Shown here: positions 14,358 through 25,186 of the stretch, one piece after another | Layout of the letters: every line of letters starts with the position of its first letter | Position numbering within the stretch: position 1 is the stretch's first letter | Position numbers and translations under genes: made by a program | Notes under the pieces: model-generated | The model's input: the letters and a program-made list of their open reading frames with translations, nothing else | Databases searched by the model: none | What the model was told of the DNA's origin: nothing | Assembly (NCBI GenBank): GCA_965243135.1 | Contig: OZ251539.1 | Location: 1,664,001 to 1,728,000, forward strand | Length of the DNA: 64,000 bases | Reading direction: 5' to 3' | Source: Alphaproteobacteria bacterium | GTDB lineage: Bacteria; Pseudomonadota; Alphaproteobacteria; MPNO01; UBA830

Positions 14358-15770
14358 ATGAGCGTCGTCACCCGTTTCGCGCCCTCGCCGACCGGGCTCC
14401 TCCATATCGGAGGCGCCCGGACGGCCCTGTTCAACTGGCTGTACGCGCGGCACGCCGGCGGCAGTTTCCTGCTGCGCATCGAGGATACGGACCGCAAGCG
14501 CTCCACTCCGGAAGCCATCGATGCGATTCTGGACGGGCTCTCTTGGCTCGGACTGCATTGGGACGGCGAGCCGGTCTATCAGTACGGCCGCCGCGCGCGC
14601 CATGCGGAAATCGCGCTGGCGCTGGTCGAACGGGGCCTGGCCTATCGTTGCTACTGCACGCCCGAAGAACTCGCCGCCATGCGGAAACGGGCCAAGACCG
14701 AAAAGCGTTCCATGCGTTACGACGGAACCTGGCGCGACCGGGATCCTTCCGAAGCGCCGCCGGGAATCGATCCGGTCGTACGGTTTCGGGCTCCTGAAGG
14801 CGGGACGACGACGATCGACGATGCCGTCCAGGGCCGGGTGGAACTTGCCAACGCGGAACTCGACGATCTCGTTCTGTTGCGCGCTGACGGAACCCCGACC
14901 TACATGCTTTCGGTCGTCGTGGACGATCACGATATGGGCGTCACCCACGCCATTCGCGGCGACGATCACCTCACGAACGCCTTTCGGCAGACCGGGATAT
15001 TCCGGGCGCTCGGATGGACGCCGCCCGTCTACGCGCACATCCCCCTGATTCACGGTCCCGACGGCGTCAAGCTCTCCAAACGGCACGGCGCTCTCGGGGT
15101 CGAGGCTTATCGCGAAATGGGAATTCTGCCCCATGCCCTGCTGAACTACCTCTGCCGTCTGGGCTGGAGTCACGGCGACGACGAGACGTTCACCGTCGAG
15201 CAGGCCGTGGAATGGTTCGATGTCGCCGACGTAAACAGGGGCGCGGCGCGCTTCGATCCGGCGAAACTCAGGAATCTGAATGGCCTCCATATCTCGACGG
15301 CGGATGGGGCGGACTTGGTGGCGCTGATCGTTCCGCATATCGAGAAACGCTTGGCGAAGTCGTTGCCGGAAATGGCGATGGATCGCCTTCGCGCGGCGAT
15401 GGATTCATTAAAGTCGCGCGCTAAAACGATGAATGATCTTGTTGATTCATCGCTGTTTTATGTCGCGGAGAGGCCTCTGGAGTATTCCGAAAAGGCGGCG
15501 CGGCTGCTCGACGACGCGGCGCGCCGCCGATTGGCGGAACTGGGCGGCGCGTTTCTCGATCTGGACCGCTGGACGCAGGAAGAGATCGAACGGGCGGTGC
15601 GCGCGTTCTGCGATTCGCGCGAAATCAAGCTCGGCAAGGTGGCGCAGCCGCTCAGGGCGGCGCTTACCGGGACGGATGTCTCTCCCGGAATTTTCGAGGT
15701 GGCGGCGATCTTGGGACGCGACGAAACGCTGGGCCGCATCGACGATGCGGCATCCGGATCCGCAAACTGA
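14358..15770 (+). CDS. gltX: Glutamate--tRNA ligase
   Basis: [15 protein letters not shown] (HIGH), LRIEDTD, IRGDDH, KLSKR. Confidence 0.97.
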   Translation: MSVVTRFAPSPTGLLHIGGARTALFNWLYARHAGGSFLLRIEDTDRKRSTPEAIDAILDGLSWLGLHWDGEPVYQYGRRARHAEIALALVERGLAYRCYCTPEELAAMRKRAKTEKRSMRYDGTWRDRDPSEAPPGIDPVVRFRAPEGGTTTIDDAVQGRVELANAELDDLVLLRADGTPTYMLSVVVDDHDMGVTHAIRGDDHLTNAFRQTGIFRALGWTPPVYAHIPLIHGPDGVKLSKRHGALGVEAYREMGILPHALLNYLCRLGWSHGDDETFTVEQAVEWFDVADVNRGAARFDPAKLRNLNGLHISTADGADLVALIVPHIEKRLAKSLPEMAMDRLRAAMDSLKSRAKTMNDLVDSSLFYVAERPLEYSEKAARLLDDAARRRLAELGGAFLDLDRWTQEEIERAVRAFCDSREIKLGKVAQPLRAALTGTDVSPGIFEVAAILGRDETLGRIDDAASGSAN

Positions 15771-16387
15771 GCCGTTTGCAAGGGTTTCGGGACGCGAGGG
15801 ACTTCATTGTCTTTTCGGTCCGTGTGCCCCCCGACGCGCTCCCGAAACAGGCTTTCAACAGGCCAGCCGCGGCCGTCAGGGAGGTTCCCAAACCGTCTCT
15901 CCCGCCTCGGACGTGAACGCCCGTCCCGTCGCAAGCGGCACGAAGCGTTTCTTGCCGCGAACGAGCCGAGGCGCCCGTCTAAATCCGGAAGTTCCAAGGC
16001 CGGGACGGGACGGCGCTTTTCAGGCTTGACGAGCTGCCGCCCGACCGCAACCCGAAGAGCTGGCGCACTCCGCGCCTGAGCCGAGACCGTCGCTCTCCGC
16101 CTCTTCGAGCGCCATGGCAAGCCGCCCCGGCCGGCCCCTTCTGCGACCGGCCGCCTGCGTTCGGGCCCCCGGATCCGCCGCGCCGCAGAGGCATTCGCCT
16201 GCTTCCCGACGGTTGGCCGTCCATGCGCCCTCGCGGATCCGGGTGGGCGGAGAGATCAGCGGCGCGCAGGACGGACAACAACCGGCGAAGGACAGCGCGG
16301 CGCGAACGCCCCGCGTTTGAAACGGGTTCGGAAAAGCGCTATTTTCCGCTTCCGTCGCCACGCAGGAACGACAACCGAGGAACATAC

Positions 16388-17698
16388 ATGACCCGGGTCA
16401 ACGCGCCAAAAAACAGCGTCACGCTGATCGACCACTCGACCGGCAGGGAACTCGATCTGCCGCTGGTGGACGGCACTGTCGGCCCGAAGGTAATCGACAT
16501 AAGGCAGCTGTACTCCGAACTCGATTACTTCACGTTCGATCCAGGGTTCATGGTTACCGGGAGCTGCAATTCCAGAATCACCTATATCGACGGAGACGAG
16601 GGCGTCTTGCTCTACCGGGGCTATCCGATCGAGGATCTCGCGGCCCAATGCGACTTCATGGAAGTCGCTTATCTTTTGCTGAAGGGCGAACTGCCGAACC
16701 GGGAAGAGAGCGCTCAGTTCGTGCGCGACATAACCTATCACACGATGGTGCACGAGCAGCTTCACAAATTCTACGACGGTTTCCGCCGCGACGCGCATCC
16801 CATGGCGATCATGTGCGGCGTCGTCGGGGCGCTGTCCGCCTTCTATCACGATTCGACCGACATCTCGGATCCGCACCAACGGATGATCGCCTCCTACCGG
16901 CTGGTGGCCAAGATGCCGACCATCGCGGCGTGGGCCTTCAAATACGCGCTCGGGCAGCCCTTCATGTACCCCCGCAACAACATGTCATACGCCGAAGATT
17001 TCACCCACATGATGTTCGCGACGCCGTGCGAAGACTACGAGGTCAATCCCGTTATCGCGCGGGCCATGGACCGGATTCTTACCCTGCATGCCGACCACGA
17101 GCAGAACGCTTCCACGTCCACGGTCAGGCTCGCGGGCTCTTCGGGAGCGAATCCGTTCGCCTGCATCGCCGCGGGCATCGCCAGTCTCTGGGGCCCGGCT
17201 CACGGCGGCGCCAACGAGGCGGTGCTTTCGATGCTGAGGCAAATCGGCGACTTCGACAAGATTCCGGAATACATACGCAAGGCCAAGGATCGGAACGATC
17301 CTTTCCGCCTGATGGGTTTCGGCCATCGCGTCTACAAGAACTTCGATCCCCGTGCGACGATCATGCGCGAAACCTGCCATGAGGTTTTGGGCGAACTCGG
17401 AATGGAGAACGAACCGCTTCTGAAGCTCGCGATGGAACTCGAACGGATCGCGCTGGAGGACGACTACTTCGTCGAGCGGAAGCTTTACCCCAACGTCGAT
17501 TTCTACTCCGGGATAATCTTCCGGGCGATCGGCATTCCCGAAACCATGTTCACCGTTCTGTTCGCCGTCGCCCGCACCGTCGGCTGGGTCGCGCAGTGGA
17601 ACGAGATGATCGAGGACCCCTATCAGAGAATCGGTCGGCCCCGCCAGCTCTACACGGGTCGCGAGCGGCGCGAATTCGTGCCGCTCGACGCCAGATAG
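16388..17698 (+). CDS. gltA: Citrate synthase (type II)
   Basis: [60 protein letters not shown] before ATG 16388. Confidence 0.98.
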   Translation: MTRVNAPKNSVTLIDHSTGRELDLPLVDGTVGPKVIDIRQLYSELDYFTFDPGFMVTGSCNSRITYIDGDEGVLLYRGYPIEDLAAQCDFMEVAYLLLKGELPNREESAQFVRDITYHTMVHEQLHKFYDGFRRDAHPMAIMCGVVGALSAFYHDSTDISDPHQRMIASYRLVAKMPTIAAWAFKYALGQPFMYPRNNMSYAEDFTHMMFATPCEDYEVNPVIARAMDRILTLHADHEQNASTSTVRLAGSSGANPFACIAAGIASLWGPAHGGANEAVLSMLRQIGDFDKIPEYIRKAKDRNDPFRLMGFGHRVYKNFDPRATIMRETCHEVLGELGMENEPLLKLAMELERIALEDDYFVERKLYPNVDFYSGIIFRAIGIPETMFTVLFAVARTVGWVAQWNEMIEDPYQRIGRPRQLYTGRERREFVPLDAR

Positions 17699-17708
17699 GG
17701 CCGCCCGC

Positions 17709-18110
17709 TCACTTCCGTTCGATCAGTTCGATCTTGTAGCCGTCGGGATCCTCGATGAAGGCTATGACCGTCGTTCCGTGCTTCATCGGACCCGGCGGGC
17801 GCGGAACGTTGACTCCATCCGCCTTCATCCGCTCGCACGCGGCATGGATGTCGGGCACGGCGATCGCGATGTGGCCGAACCCCGAGCCGTGCGTGTAGGC
17901 TTCCTCCTGATCCCAGTTATGGGTCAGCTCGAGCACGGTGTGGCCGCTCTCGTCGCCGTATCCCATGAACGCGTTGGTGAACCTTCCGCCCGGAAAATCC
18001 TTTTCGCGCAACAGTTCCATCCCCAGGTGCCGGGAATAGAAGTCCTTCGATTTCTCGAGATCCCTGACGCGGATCATCGTGTGCAGCAGTCGGTGGTCTT
18101 CGGTGCTCAT
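17709..18110 (-). CDS. gloA: Lactoylglutathione lyase
   Basis: LLHTMIRVRDLEKS, LELTHNW, GFGHIAI, EDPDGYKIELIE. Confidence 0.95.
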   Translation of the reverse strand: MSTEDHRLLHTMIRVRDLEKSKDFYSRHLGMELLREKDFPGGRFTNAFMGYGDESGHTVLELTHNWDQEEAYTHGSGFGHIAIAVPDIHAACERMKADGVNVPRPPGPMKHGTTVIAFIEDPDGYKIELIERK

Positions 18111-19282
18111 CCTGGCGTTCTCTCCTGGTTGCGGGCCGTCCCGATCAGGCTTGTCACGACCCTGGCCGCGGCGTCGCCCGGGGAGCCGCCCTCGGGCCGC
18201 AGAAGGTTCAGCGCTTCCTCCGCGTCCGTCAACTGGGCGTTCCGGGCGTTCTCGTCCCGGAGCAGCCGCAACGTCTGCGCCGCGATAAGATCGCCGCGGC
18301 AATTATCCTGAATAAATTCCGGCACCGCTTCCCGGTCAAGCAGAATGTTGACGAGGTTGGCGTATCGCTGCCGCGTTCCGCGCAGCATCCTGAAGACCGC
18401 GACCGTGAGAGGATTCATGCGGTAGGAGATCGCGTGCGGCACGCGCGCCATCGTCAATTCGAGCGACACCGTGCCGGACGCGGCCATCGCAACGTCGCTG
18501 GCCGCCATGGCGTCGAACCTTCGCCCGGTCGTCGCGATCGCGCGTCCCGGCCAGCCGCGAATTCGATCCGACAACTCCTCGGCAAGATAGGAGATCGTCG
18601 GAAAAACGAACGCGACGTTCGGCAAGGACTTCGCGATCCTGCGCGCCGCGTCCCGGAAAACCGGCTCCAGACGGCCGATCTCTCCGCGCCGGCTGCCCGG
18701 CAGCACGCATACCACGGTCGCGTCCCGCTCGATGCGGTGATCGATCCGGAAGCGCGCTCCGTCCCCGTTTTGCGCCCCGCTTTCCAGGACGGGGTGCCCG
18801 ACGAAGGTGCACGGCAGCCCTTCCCTTTCGAAATACGGCGGTTCGAACGGCAGCAGAGCCATCAGGTGATCCAGCCTTGCGGCGAACTTGGCGGCGCGTC
18901 CGGGATTCCACGCCCAGACCGAAGGCGCGACGTAGTGAACCAGCGGTATGCCGGCATCGTCGAGGCCCTTCCAGACCCGATAGCAGAAGCCGGGAGCGTC
19001 GATCGACACCACGACGCTCGGACGTTCTTCGAGGATCTGGCGGACGGTCTCGCGGATGCGCCGGCGCACCAGCCGGATGCGCGGGAGGATTTCGACGACG
19101 CCCATAACCGCAATGTCGGAAATCGGAAATCGGCTGACCACCCCTTGCCCGGCCATCGCTTCGCCGCCGATCCCGGCGATCCGAATTTCGCCGCCGGTCA
19201 GAGCGGTCAGCGCGGAAGCGAGTCGGGCGCCGATCAAATCGCCGGAGGGTTCGCCGGCGATCAGCCAGATCAGCGGGGGCAT
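18107..19282 (-). CDS. lpxB: Lipid-A-disaccharide synthase
   Basis: AGEPSGD, HYVAPSVWAW, LLPFE, FVGHP, LPGSR, ASGT. Confidence 0.96.
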   Translation of the reverse strand: MPPLIWLIAGEPSGDLIGARLASALTALTGGEIRIAGIGGEAMAGQGVVSRFPISDIAVMGVVEILPRIRLVRRRIRETVRQILEERPSVVVSIDAPGFCYRVWKGLDDAGIPLVHYVAPSVWAWNPGRAAKFAARLDHLMALLPFEPPYFEREGLPCTFVGHPVLESGAQNGDGARFRIDHRIERDATVVCVLPGSRRGEIGRLEPVFRDAARRIAKSLPNVAFVFPTISYLAEELSDRIRGWPGRAIATTGRRFDAMAASDVAMAASGTVSLELTMARVPHAISYRMNPLTVAVFRMLRGTRQRYANLVNILLDREAVPEFIQDNCRGDLIAAQTLRLLRDENARNAQLTDAEEALNLLRPEGGSPGDAAARVVTSLIGTARNQERTPG

Positions 19283-20106
19283 TCCCGACGTCCGGGAACG
19301 CCGACGACGAAAAGGCCGGCGGCGTCGGCCGCCGCGGTCATCGCGCTGCGCTCCGCGACCAGAGCGCCGCCGGCCGCCACCGCCACGCCCCGCAACCCTG
19401 CCCGCTCGGCGCGCCTGACCGTCGTGACCCCGATCGCGGGCAAGTCGATTCTCCGGTCTTGGCCAGGTTTGGCCGCTTTCACCAGAACGCCGCCCGGCGT
19501 GTCGGGTCTAACGAATTCCGCGCAGCGGTCCATCAGGCAGTCCGTGCCCTCGACGCCTTCGACCCCGAGGACCGTCCCGTTCTGGACGATCACCGCCTGG
19601 CCGATGTCGAAGCTGCCGATCGCGTCGGCGACGGCCAATCCGCGCTCGATGTCGGAACGACAATCCGCGTCGGGCTCCACGGCGCCGTAGCGCCCTTCCA
19701 CGGCCAGAATGTCGCCCAGTAGGTCGTCCGGAGCGACGACCCGGAACCCTTCGGCGCTTTCGAGCTCCCGGATAACGGCGGACAGAACGTTGTCGTCTCC
19801 CAGCATGCGCACGCCGATCTTCGCGATGAAGCGGGCCGATCGCGGATCCCTCATGAGTTCCGTCAGCGAAGGCTTGGGAATCTTGCCGACGAAGACCAGT
19901 TCCTCGATGCCCTGGTTCCGGGCGGCGGCCAGCGCCTTGTCGAGGGCGCCCATGCGAATCCATGTCGTCTCCGCGCCGGCGATCACGGCCGGATCCGCGC
20001 TTTTTTCGAATGCCAACACGCGAAAGTCGCGGCCCGACTGGCGGCACGCCGAAACGATCTGTCCGGGCAGCGCGCCTGCGCCTGCGACGATTCCCAGCCT
20101 GGCCAA
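19270..20106 (-). CDS. lpxI: UDP-2,3-diacylglucosamine diphosphatase
   Basis: GIVAGAG.LP, DIGQAV, EGTD, KPGQDRRIDLPAIG. Located between lpxA and lpxB. Confidence 0.93.
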   Translation of the reverse strand: MARLGIVAGAGALPGQIVSACRQSGRDFRVLAFEKSADPAVIAGAETTWIRMGALDKALAAARNQGIEELVFVGKIPKPSLTELMRDPRSARFIAKIGVRMLGDDNVLSAVIRELESAEGFRVVAPDDLLGDILAVEGRYGAVEPDADCRSDIERGLAVADAIGSFDIGQAVIVQNGTVLGVEGVEGTDCLMDRCAEFVRPDTPGGVLVKAAKPGQDRRIDLPAIGVTTVRRAERAGLRGVAVAAGGALVAERSAMTAAADAAGLFVVGVPGRRECPR

Positions 20107-20107
20107 G

Positions 20108-20902
20108 CTACTCCGGCCTCGGCTGGCACATGGCGCGGTTCGAGTCCGACCGGATGAAGTTCACGATTTCCATCACGGCTTCGTGGCTGCTGTAGGCTTC
20201 GACGACGTCCTCCAGCCGTTCGGCCATCGTGCCTTCCGCCGCGAACATGAGCCGGTACGCTCTGCGGAGCGCCGAAATGTTCGTCCGGGAAAATCCGCGA
20301 CGCTTGAGTCCGACGATGTTGAGGCCGCTCAACCTGGCCCGATCCCCCATCACCGAGCCGTAAGGTATGACGTCGCATTCGACGCCCGACATTCCTCCGA
20401 CCATCGCATGCTTTCCGATGCGGCAGAACTGGTGGACAGCCGACAATCCGCCGATGATCGCGTAGTCTTCGACCGTGACATGGCCGGCGAGCGTCGCGTT
20501 GTTGGCCATGATCACGTGGTCTCCCACCGTGCAATCGTGCGCGACGTGCGCGCCGACCATCAGGAGGCACTCGTCGCCGACGCGGGTGACCATGCCGCCG
20601 CCGCGCGTGCCCGGATTGATGGTCACGTGTTCCCGGATGACGTTCTCGGCGCCGATCCTGAGCGTCGACGGCTCGCCGTCGTATTTCTGGTCCTGCGGCG
20701 CGAGGCCGATGGACGCGAACGGGAAGATCTGCGTGCAGGGACCGATATCGGTCCGGCCGTCCACGACCACATGGGACGCGAGCTTGCAGCCGTCCCCGAG
20801 GGCGACGCCGCCGCCGACGACGCAATAGGGGCCGATCGATACGCCCTCTCCGAGGCGGGCTTTCCCGTCGACGATCGCCGTGGGATGGATGTCCGCCATC
20901 AT
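20108..20902 (-). CDS. lpxA: UDP-N-acetylglucosamine acyltransferase
   Basis: IHPTAIV hexapeptide repeats, PQDQKY, HVAHDC, LAGHV, VHQF. Confidence 0.97.
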   Translation of the reverse strand: MMADIHPTAIVDGKARLGEGVSIGPYCVVGGGVALGDGCKLASHVVVDGRTDIGPCTQIFPFASIGLAPQDQKYDGEPSTLRIGAENVIREHVTINPGTRGGGMVTRVGDECLLMVGAHVAHDCTVGDHVIMANNATLAGHVTVEDYAIIGGLSAVHQFCRIGKHAMVGGMSGVECDVIPYGSVMGDRARLSGLNIVGLKRRGFSRTNISALRRAYRLMFAAEGTMAERLEDVVEAYSSHEAVMEIVNFIRSDSNRAMCQPRPE

Positions 20903-21348
20903 CTGTCCAGGATCATGGCGGAATAGGTCGCTTCGGCCACGAGGGCGCCCTCCACGATCGCGCGGCCTTCGAACCTCCAGACGTTGCGGCGTTTCTGCTG
21001 CTTGACGACCTCGACCCGCATCTGGTCTCCCGGCCTGACCGGCTTGCGAAACCGCGCGCCGTCCACGGACATGAAATAAACCAGCTTTCCCTCGAATTCC
21101 GGCCCCAGGGTGTGGACGACCAGAACCGCCGCCGTCTGGGCCATGGCCTCGATTATCAGCACGCCCGGCATGACGGGCTGTTGCGGAAAATGACCGGCGA
21201 AATAGTTTTCGTTGACGGTGACGTTCTTCAAGCCCGTCGCCTTGACGCCGGTAACGATGTCCACCACGCGGTCGATCATGAGAAAGGGATAGCGATGAGG
21301 AATCATTTCCATGATCCGTTCGATATCCAGCTCATCGATCGTCTTCAT
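20899..21348 (-). CDS. fabZ: 3-hydroxyacyl-ACP dehydratase
   Basis: [28 protein letters not shown]. Confidence 0.98.
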   Translation of the reverse strand: MKTIDELDIERIMEMIPHRYPFLMIDRVVDIVTGVKATGLKNVTVNENYFAGHFPQQPVMPGVLIIEAMAQTAAVLVVHTLGPEFEGKLVYFMSVDGARFRKPVRPGDQMRVEVVKQQKRRNVWRFEGRAIVEGALVAEATYSAMILDR

Positions 21349-22372
21349 GTTCCCTCCCCTTCTGCGACAGGCGCGACAGCGTGACCTGCTGCCGGAAGAA
21401 CTGCTTGATCGGCATGGCGGGCAGTCCCATGACGGTTGCGCCGGGCGCCACGTTTCGCATCACGCCCGACCTCCCGGCGATCCGGGCGTCGTCGCCGATG
21501 GACAGGTGGCCGGCGATCGCCGCCTGTCCGCCGACCATTACGCGATTTCCGAGCGTCGTGCTGCCGGCGACGCCGGCCATCGAGACGATTACGCAGTCGC
21601 GCCCGACGCGGACATTGTGCCCAATCTGGACCAGGTTATCAATCCTGGTCCCCGCCCCGATGACCGTGTCGCGGACGGCGCCGCGGTCGATAGTGGCGTT
21701 GGCGCCGACCTCCACGCCGTCTTCGATCAGCACGCGGCCGACCTGCGGGATCGTCACCGCGCCGTCCGGCGAGAGCGCGAAACCGAAACCGGCTTCTCCG
21801 ACCCGCGCGCCGGCGTAAAGCGTGACGCCGTCGCCGATCAGCGCGAAGCGGATCGAAGCGGAAGGGCCGATGCGGCAATCGTCGCCGATTTCGACCGCGT
21901 CTCCGATATAGACGTTGGGCGCGACCCGGCAGCGCTTGCCCAGGCGGGCGCCGGGCCCGATCACGGTTCCGCTGCCGATCTTCGTTCCCTCCCCGATGGC
22001 AGCGTCGGCATGAACGTTTTCGGCGGCGTTCCGAGGCAGGTACGAGTCTTCGCTATCGGGATGGAAGGCGGTCGCGACCTTCGCCCAGGCCAGGTACGGA
22101 CGATCCGTCAAGAGGAGGTCCGTTCCCGTTGGCGCCTGGTCCGCGTATTTTTCCTCGACGAGGCAGCATCCCGCCCCGGTCTTGCGGAACTGAGCGATAT
22201 ACGCCTTGTTGCTAAGGAATCCGATCTCGTCCGCTCGCGCGCAGTCGAGCGGCGCGATGCCGCTTATCAGTTTTCCGGGATCGGCTGCGGCGGCCGGCGA
22301 CGCGTTGGCGATCTCCGCAAGCCGGGATACGGTGAACGGCCCCGCTGGCGGAAAGAACCGGGCGTCGGGCAT
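21332..22372 (-). CDS. lpxD: UDP-3-O-acyl-glucosamine N-acyltransferase
   Basis: Hexapeptide repeats, GFGFA, IDRG, IDNLVQIGHNV. Confidence 0.96.
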   Translation of the reverse strand: MPDARFFPPAGPFTVSRLAEIANASPAAAADPGKLISGIAPLDCARADEIGFLSNKAYIAQFRKTGAGCCLVEEKYADQAPTGTDLLLTDRPYLAWAKVATAFHPDSEDSYLPRNAAENVHADAAIGEGTKIGSGTVIGPGARLGKRCRVAPNVYIGDAVEIGDDCRIGPSASIRFALIGDGVTLYAGARVGEAGFGFALSPDGAVTIPQVGRVLIEDGVEVGANATIDRGAVRDTVIGAGTRIDNLVQIGHNVRVGRDCVIVSMAGVAGSTTLGNRVMVGGQAAIAGHLSIGDDARIAGRSGVMRNVAPGATVMGLPAMPIKQFFRQQVTLSRLSQKGREHEDDR

Positions 22373-22375
22373 GGT

Positions 22376-22924
22376 TCAGTTTTTCGCTTCCAGCTTGTAG
22401 TCGGGAAGCGAGACGCTCGGCAGTCTCTCGTCAAGGCGCGCGACGATTTCCGGCGTCAGGTCGAGCGAGTTGGCGGACAGGAACACCACCCGCTTTTCCA
22501 GCACGACATCGAGTTTCCTCTCGTTGGCGATCGCGCCGACGACCTCCAGCAACTCCTTCAGGATGACGTCCTTGGTTTCGTTGAAGATGCGGTCGAGCTT
22601 GCGCTTGCGCTCCTGAACAGCCTTCTGGGCCTTCCTTCCCTCTTCCTCGAGCGCGCGGCGCCTCTCGTCGAAGGTTTCGGCCGGCAGCAGGGCGCGCTCC
22701 TCGCCAAGATCCTTGCCCGCGTCCCTCAATTCGCGTTCGCGTTCGCGGATCTCCATCTGGAAGGCCCGCCGCTGCCGCTCCATTTGCGGACGAAGCGCCT
22801 TGGCCGCCTTCGCGTCGCGCAGAACCCGCTGAACGTCGACGATTCCGATCCGCGGCGGGTCCGCATGGGCGGCGGCCAGCGTCAGGAACAGGGTCGCGGC
22901 GCACCAAGCGGCGATCCGCAGCAT
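22376..22924 (-). CDS. skp: OmpH/Skp outer membrane chaperone
   Basis: Signal peptide, IGIVDVQRVL, long coiled coil, DLTPEIVARL. Located between bamA and lpxD. Confidence 0.88.
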   Translation of the reverse strand: MLRIAAWCAATLFLTLAAAHADPPRIGIVDVQRVLRDAKAAKALRPQMERQRRAFQMEIRERERELRDAGKDLGEERALLPAETFDERRRALEEEGRKAQKAVQERKRKLDRIFNETKDVILKELLEVVGAIANERKLDVVLEKRVVFLSANSLDLTPEIVARLDERLPSVSLPDYKLEAKN

Positions 22925-25176
22925 CAGAATCTCGTGCCGAAACTGAACCGGAACGACTGGGTCTGGTCGTATTCTTCCTTCCTGACGACCCGGGCGATGT
23001 CGATATTCACCGGCCCGATCGGAGACAGCCAGGACAGGCCGACGCCTACGGACGATCGCAGAGAGCCGTCGTCCGTGTCTCCCGCCTTTTCGTTGCCGCC
23101 CACGCTGCCCGCGTCGGCGAATACGCGCCCTTTCACCCCGAATTCGTTCGGAAGCCCCAGCGGCAGCGAAAGGCCGGCCGAAAGCCGATAGAACCATTCG
23201 CCGCCGAGAGCGTCGTCCGTCGCCGTGTCGCGCGGTCCGACGCCCGCCGGCTCGAAGCCGCGAAGACTGCCTCCGCCGAGGAAGAAGCGGTCGACGATGC
23301 GGATGTCTTCGCCGAGTTCGAAGATGTATCCCGCGCCGGCGTCGAGATTCACGATCCAGTTCTCGGCGATGGGCAGGTAGAAGGCGCTGTCCCACCTGTT
23401 CCGAAGATACCGGCTGTCGCCCCCGATGCCGGCGACCGCGTTGTCCATCTGCAGGAAATAGCCTTCCGTCGGATTGAAGCGGTTGTCCCTGACGTCGTAC
23501 AGCAAGGTCTGGGACAGCGCCGAAGTGACGAAGGCCCCCCTTTCCTCCTGAACCGCGAGCGAAGCGTCGGCCCGGATGTCGGTGACTTCGTCTTCCCGAA
23601 GGGCGTATTTCCAGGTTTGCGACAGGGGTTCGGTGATCCTGTAGCCCATCCGCAGCGAGAAGCCGGTGGCCTCGCGGTCGTAGGAGCTTTCGTCCTGGAG
23701 ATCCCGCTGGGTATTGAAAATGTCGATGCCGGCGGAGAGCTCCCTGTCCATGAAATACGGCTCCGTAAAGGAAAGCTCGCCCTGGCGTTCCTTCGTTCCG
23801 AACCTCAGGTTGAGGCGCAGGTCCTGCGCCCTTCCGAGAAGATTGCGCTCCCTGACGCCGATTTCTCCGAGAACGCCGGACGCGGTGGAATAGCCGGCGC
23901 CGAAGGAGATTTCGCCGGTCGCCTGCTCCTTCACGGCGACGCTGACTATCGTCCTGTCTTCGGCGCTGCCGGGCTCGTTCTGGATGTTGACGTCCTCGAA
24001 GAAGCCGAGATTCCTGATGCGCCGCAGGGAACGCCGCAGCTTGGAAGTGTTGAACGCGTCGCCTTCGACCAGCAGCATCTCGCGGCGAATGACTTCGTCG
24101 GTAGTGCGAACGTTGCCGGTGATCCGGACGCGTTCGACGAACACGCGGGGACCTTCCTCGACGGCGAACGTCACGTCGATGGCGCGCGTCTCGCGATCCC
24201 GATTGACGTTCGGGACGATTTCGACGAAGGCGTATCCGAGAACGCCGACCGAGTCCGTCAGGTTGCCGATCGACTCCTCCAGCTTGTCGGCGTCGTACCA
24301 GTCGCCTTCCGCGACCGTCAGTTCGGAGCGCAGTTGGTCGGCTTCGAGATCCTTGAACTCCGTCTCGATGCCGATTTCGCCGAACTTGTAGCGCGGTCCT
24401 TCGCTCACGGTGAAGGTCACGAAGAATTCCTTGTCGTCCGGGGTGAGTTCCGCGGCGGAGGAAACGACGCGGAAATCGGCATATCCGTTCGCAAGATAGT
24501 GGCGCCGCAACAGTTCGCGATCGAAAGCCAGCCGGTCCGGATCGTAGGTGTCGTTCGAAGTCAGGAACCTGTACCAGGCCGATTCCGTGGTCTGGATGAC
24601 TTCGCGAAGATCGCCGTCGCTGAACCTTTCGTTGCCGATGAAGGAGATTTTGCGAATCGTCGTCAGATCGCCTTCCTCGATCTCGAAGATCAGATCGACC
24701 CGGTTCTGGGGAAGGCGCACGACCTTGGGTTCGACGACCACCGCGAACCTGCCGCTGCGCCGGTAGATCTCCATGATGCGCTGGGCGTCCGCCTGCACCC
24801 GCGCGCGCGTGAACACGATGCGGGGGCGCAGCGTCACCTCGTCGGTCAGGATCTCGTCGGTGATGCGGTTGTTTCCCTCGAACGCCAGCCGGTTGATGAT
24901 CGGGTTTTCGACGACGCGGACGACGACGTCCGCGCCTTCTCGGCGTATCGAGACGTCGGAGAACAGGCCCGTCGCGAACAGGGACTTCAGCGCCTCGTCG
25001 AGATCGCGATCGGTCGGACTGTCTCCTGGCCGGAGCTTCGAATACGAGCGCACCGTCTCGACCTCGATGCGCTGGGTTCCTTCGACGCGCACCTCCCCTA
25101 TCTGCTGGGCCGCGGCGTCGGCGACGCCGGCCGCGGCGATCGCGGCCAGCAACATCAAATTGCGGAAATAGCGCAT
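22924..25176 (-). CDS. bamA: Outer membrane protein assembly factor BamA
   Basis: POTRA repeats (VEGTQRIE, GNVRTTDEVIRRE), LRGF motif, C-terminal FSFGTRF. Confidence 0.97.
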   Translation of the reverse strand: MRYFRNLMLLAAIAAAGVADAAAQQIGEVRVEGTQRIEVETVRSYSKLRPGDSPTDRDLDEALKSLFATGLFSDVSIRREGADVVVRVVENPIINRLAFEGNNRITDEILTDEVTLRPRIVFTRARVQADAQRIMEIYRRSGRFAVVVEPKVVRLPQNRVDLIFEIEEGDLTTIRKISFIGNERFSDGDLREVIQTTESAWYRFLTSNDTYDPDRLAFDRELLRRHYLANGYADFRVVSSAAELTPDDKEFFVTFTVSEGPRYKFGEIGIETEFKDLEADQLRSELTVAEGDWYDADKLEESIGNLTDSVGVLGYAFVEIVPNVNRDRETRAIDVTFAVEEGPRVFVERVRITGNVRTTDEVIRREMLLVEGDAFNTSKLRRSLRRIRNLGFFEDVNIQNEPGSAEDRTIVSVAVKEQATGEISFGAGYSTASGVLGEIGVRERNLLGRAQDLRLNLRFGTKERQGELSFTEPYFMDRELSAGIDIFNTQRDLQDESSYDREATGFSLRMGYRITEPLSQTWKYALREDEVTDIRADASLAVQEERGAFVTSALSQTLLYDVRDNRFNPTEGYFLQMDNAVAGIGGDSRYLRNRWDSAFYLPIAENWIVNLDAGAGYIFELGEDIRIVDRFFLGGGSLRGFEPAGVGPRDTATDDALGGEWFYRLSAGLSLPLGLPNEFGVKGRVFADAGSVGGNEKAGDTDDGSLRSSVGVGLSWLSPIGPVNIDIARVVRKEEYDQTQSFRFSFGTRF

Positions 25177-25186
25177 AGCGTCTCGC

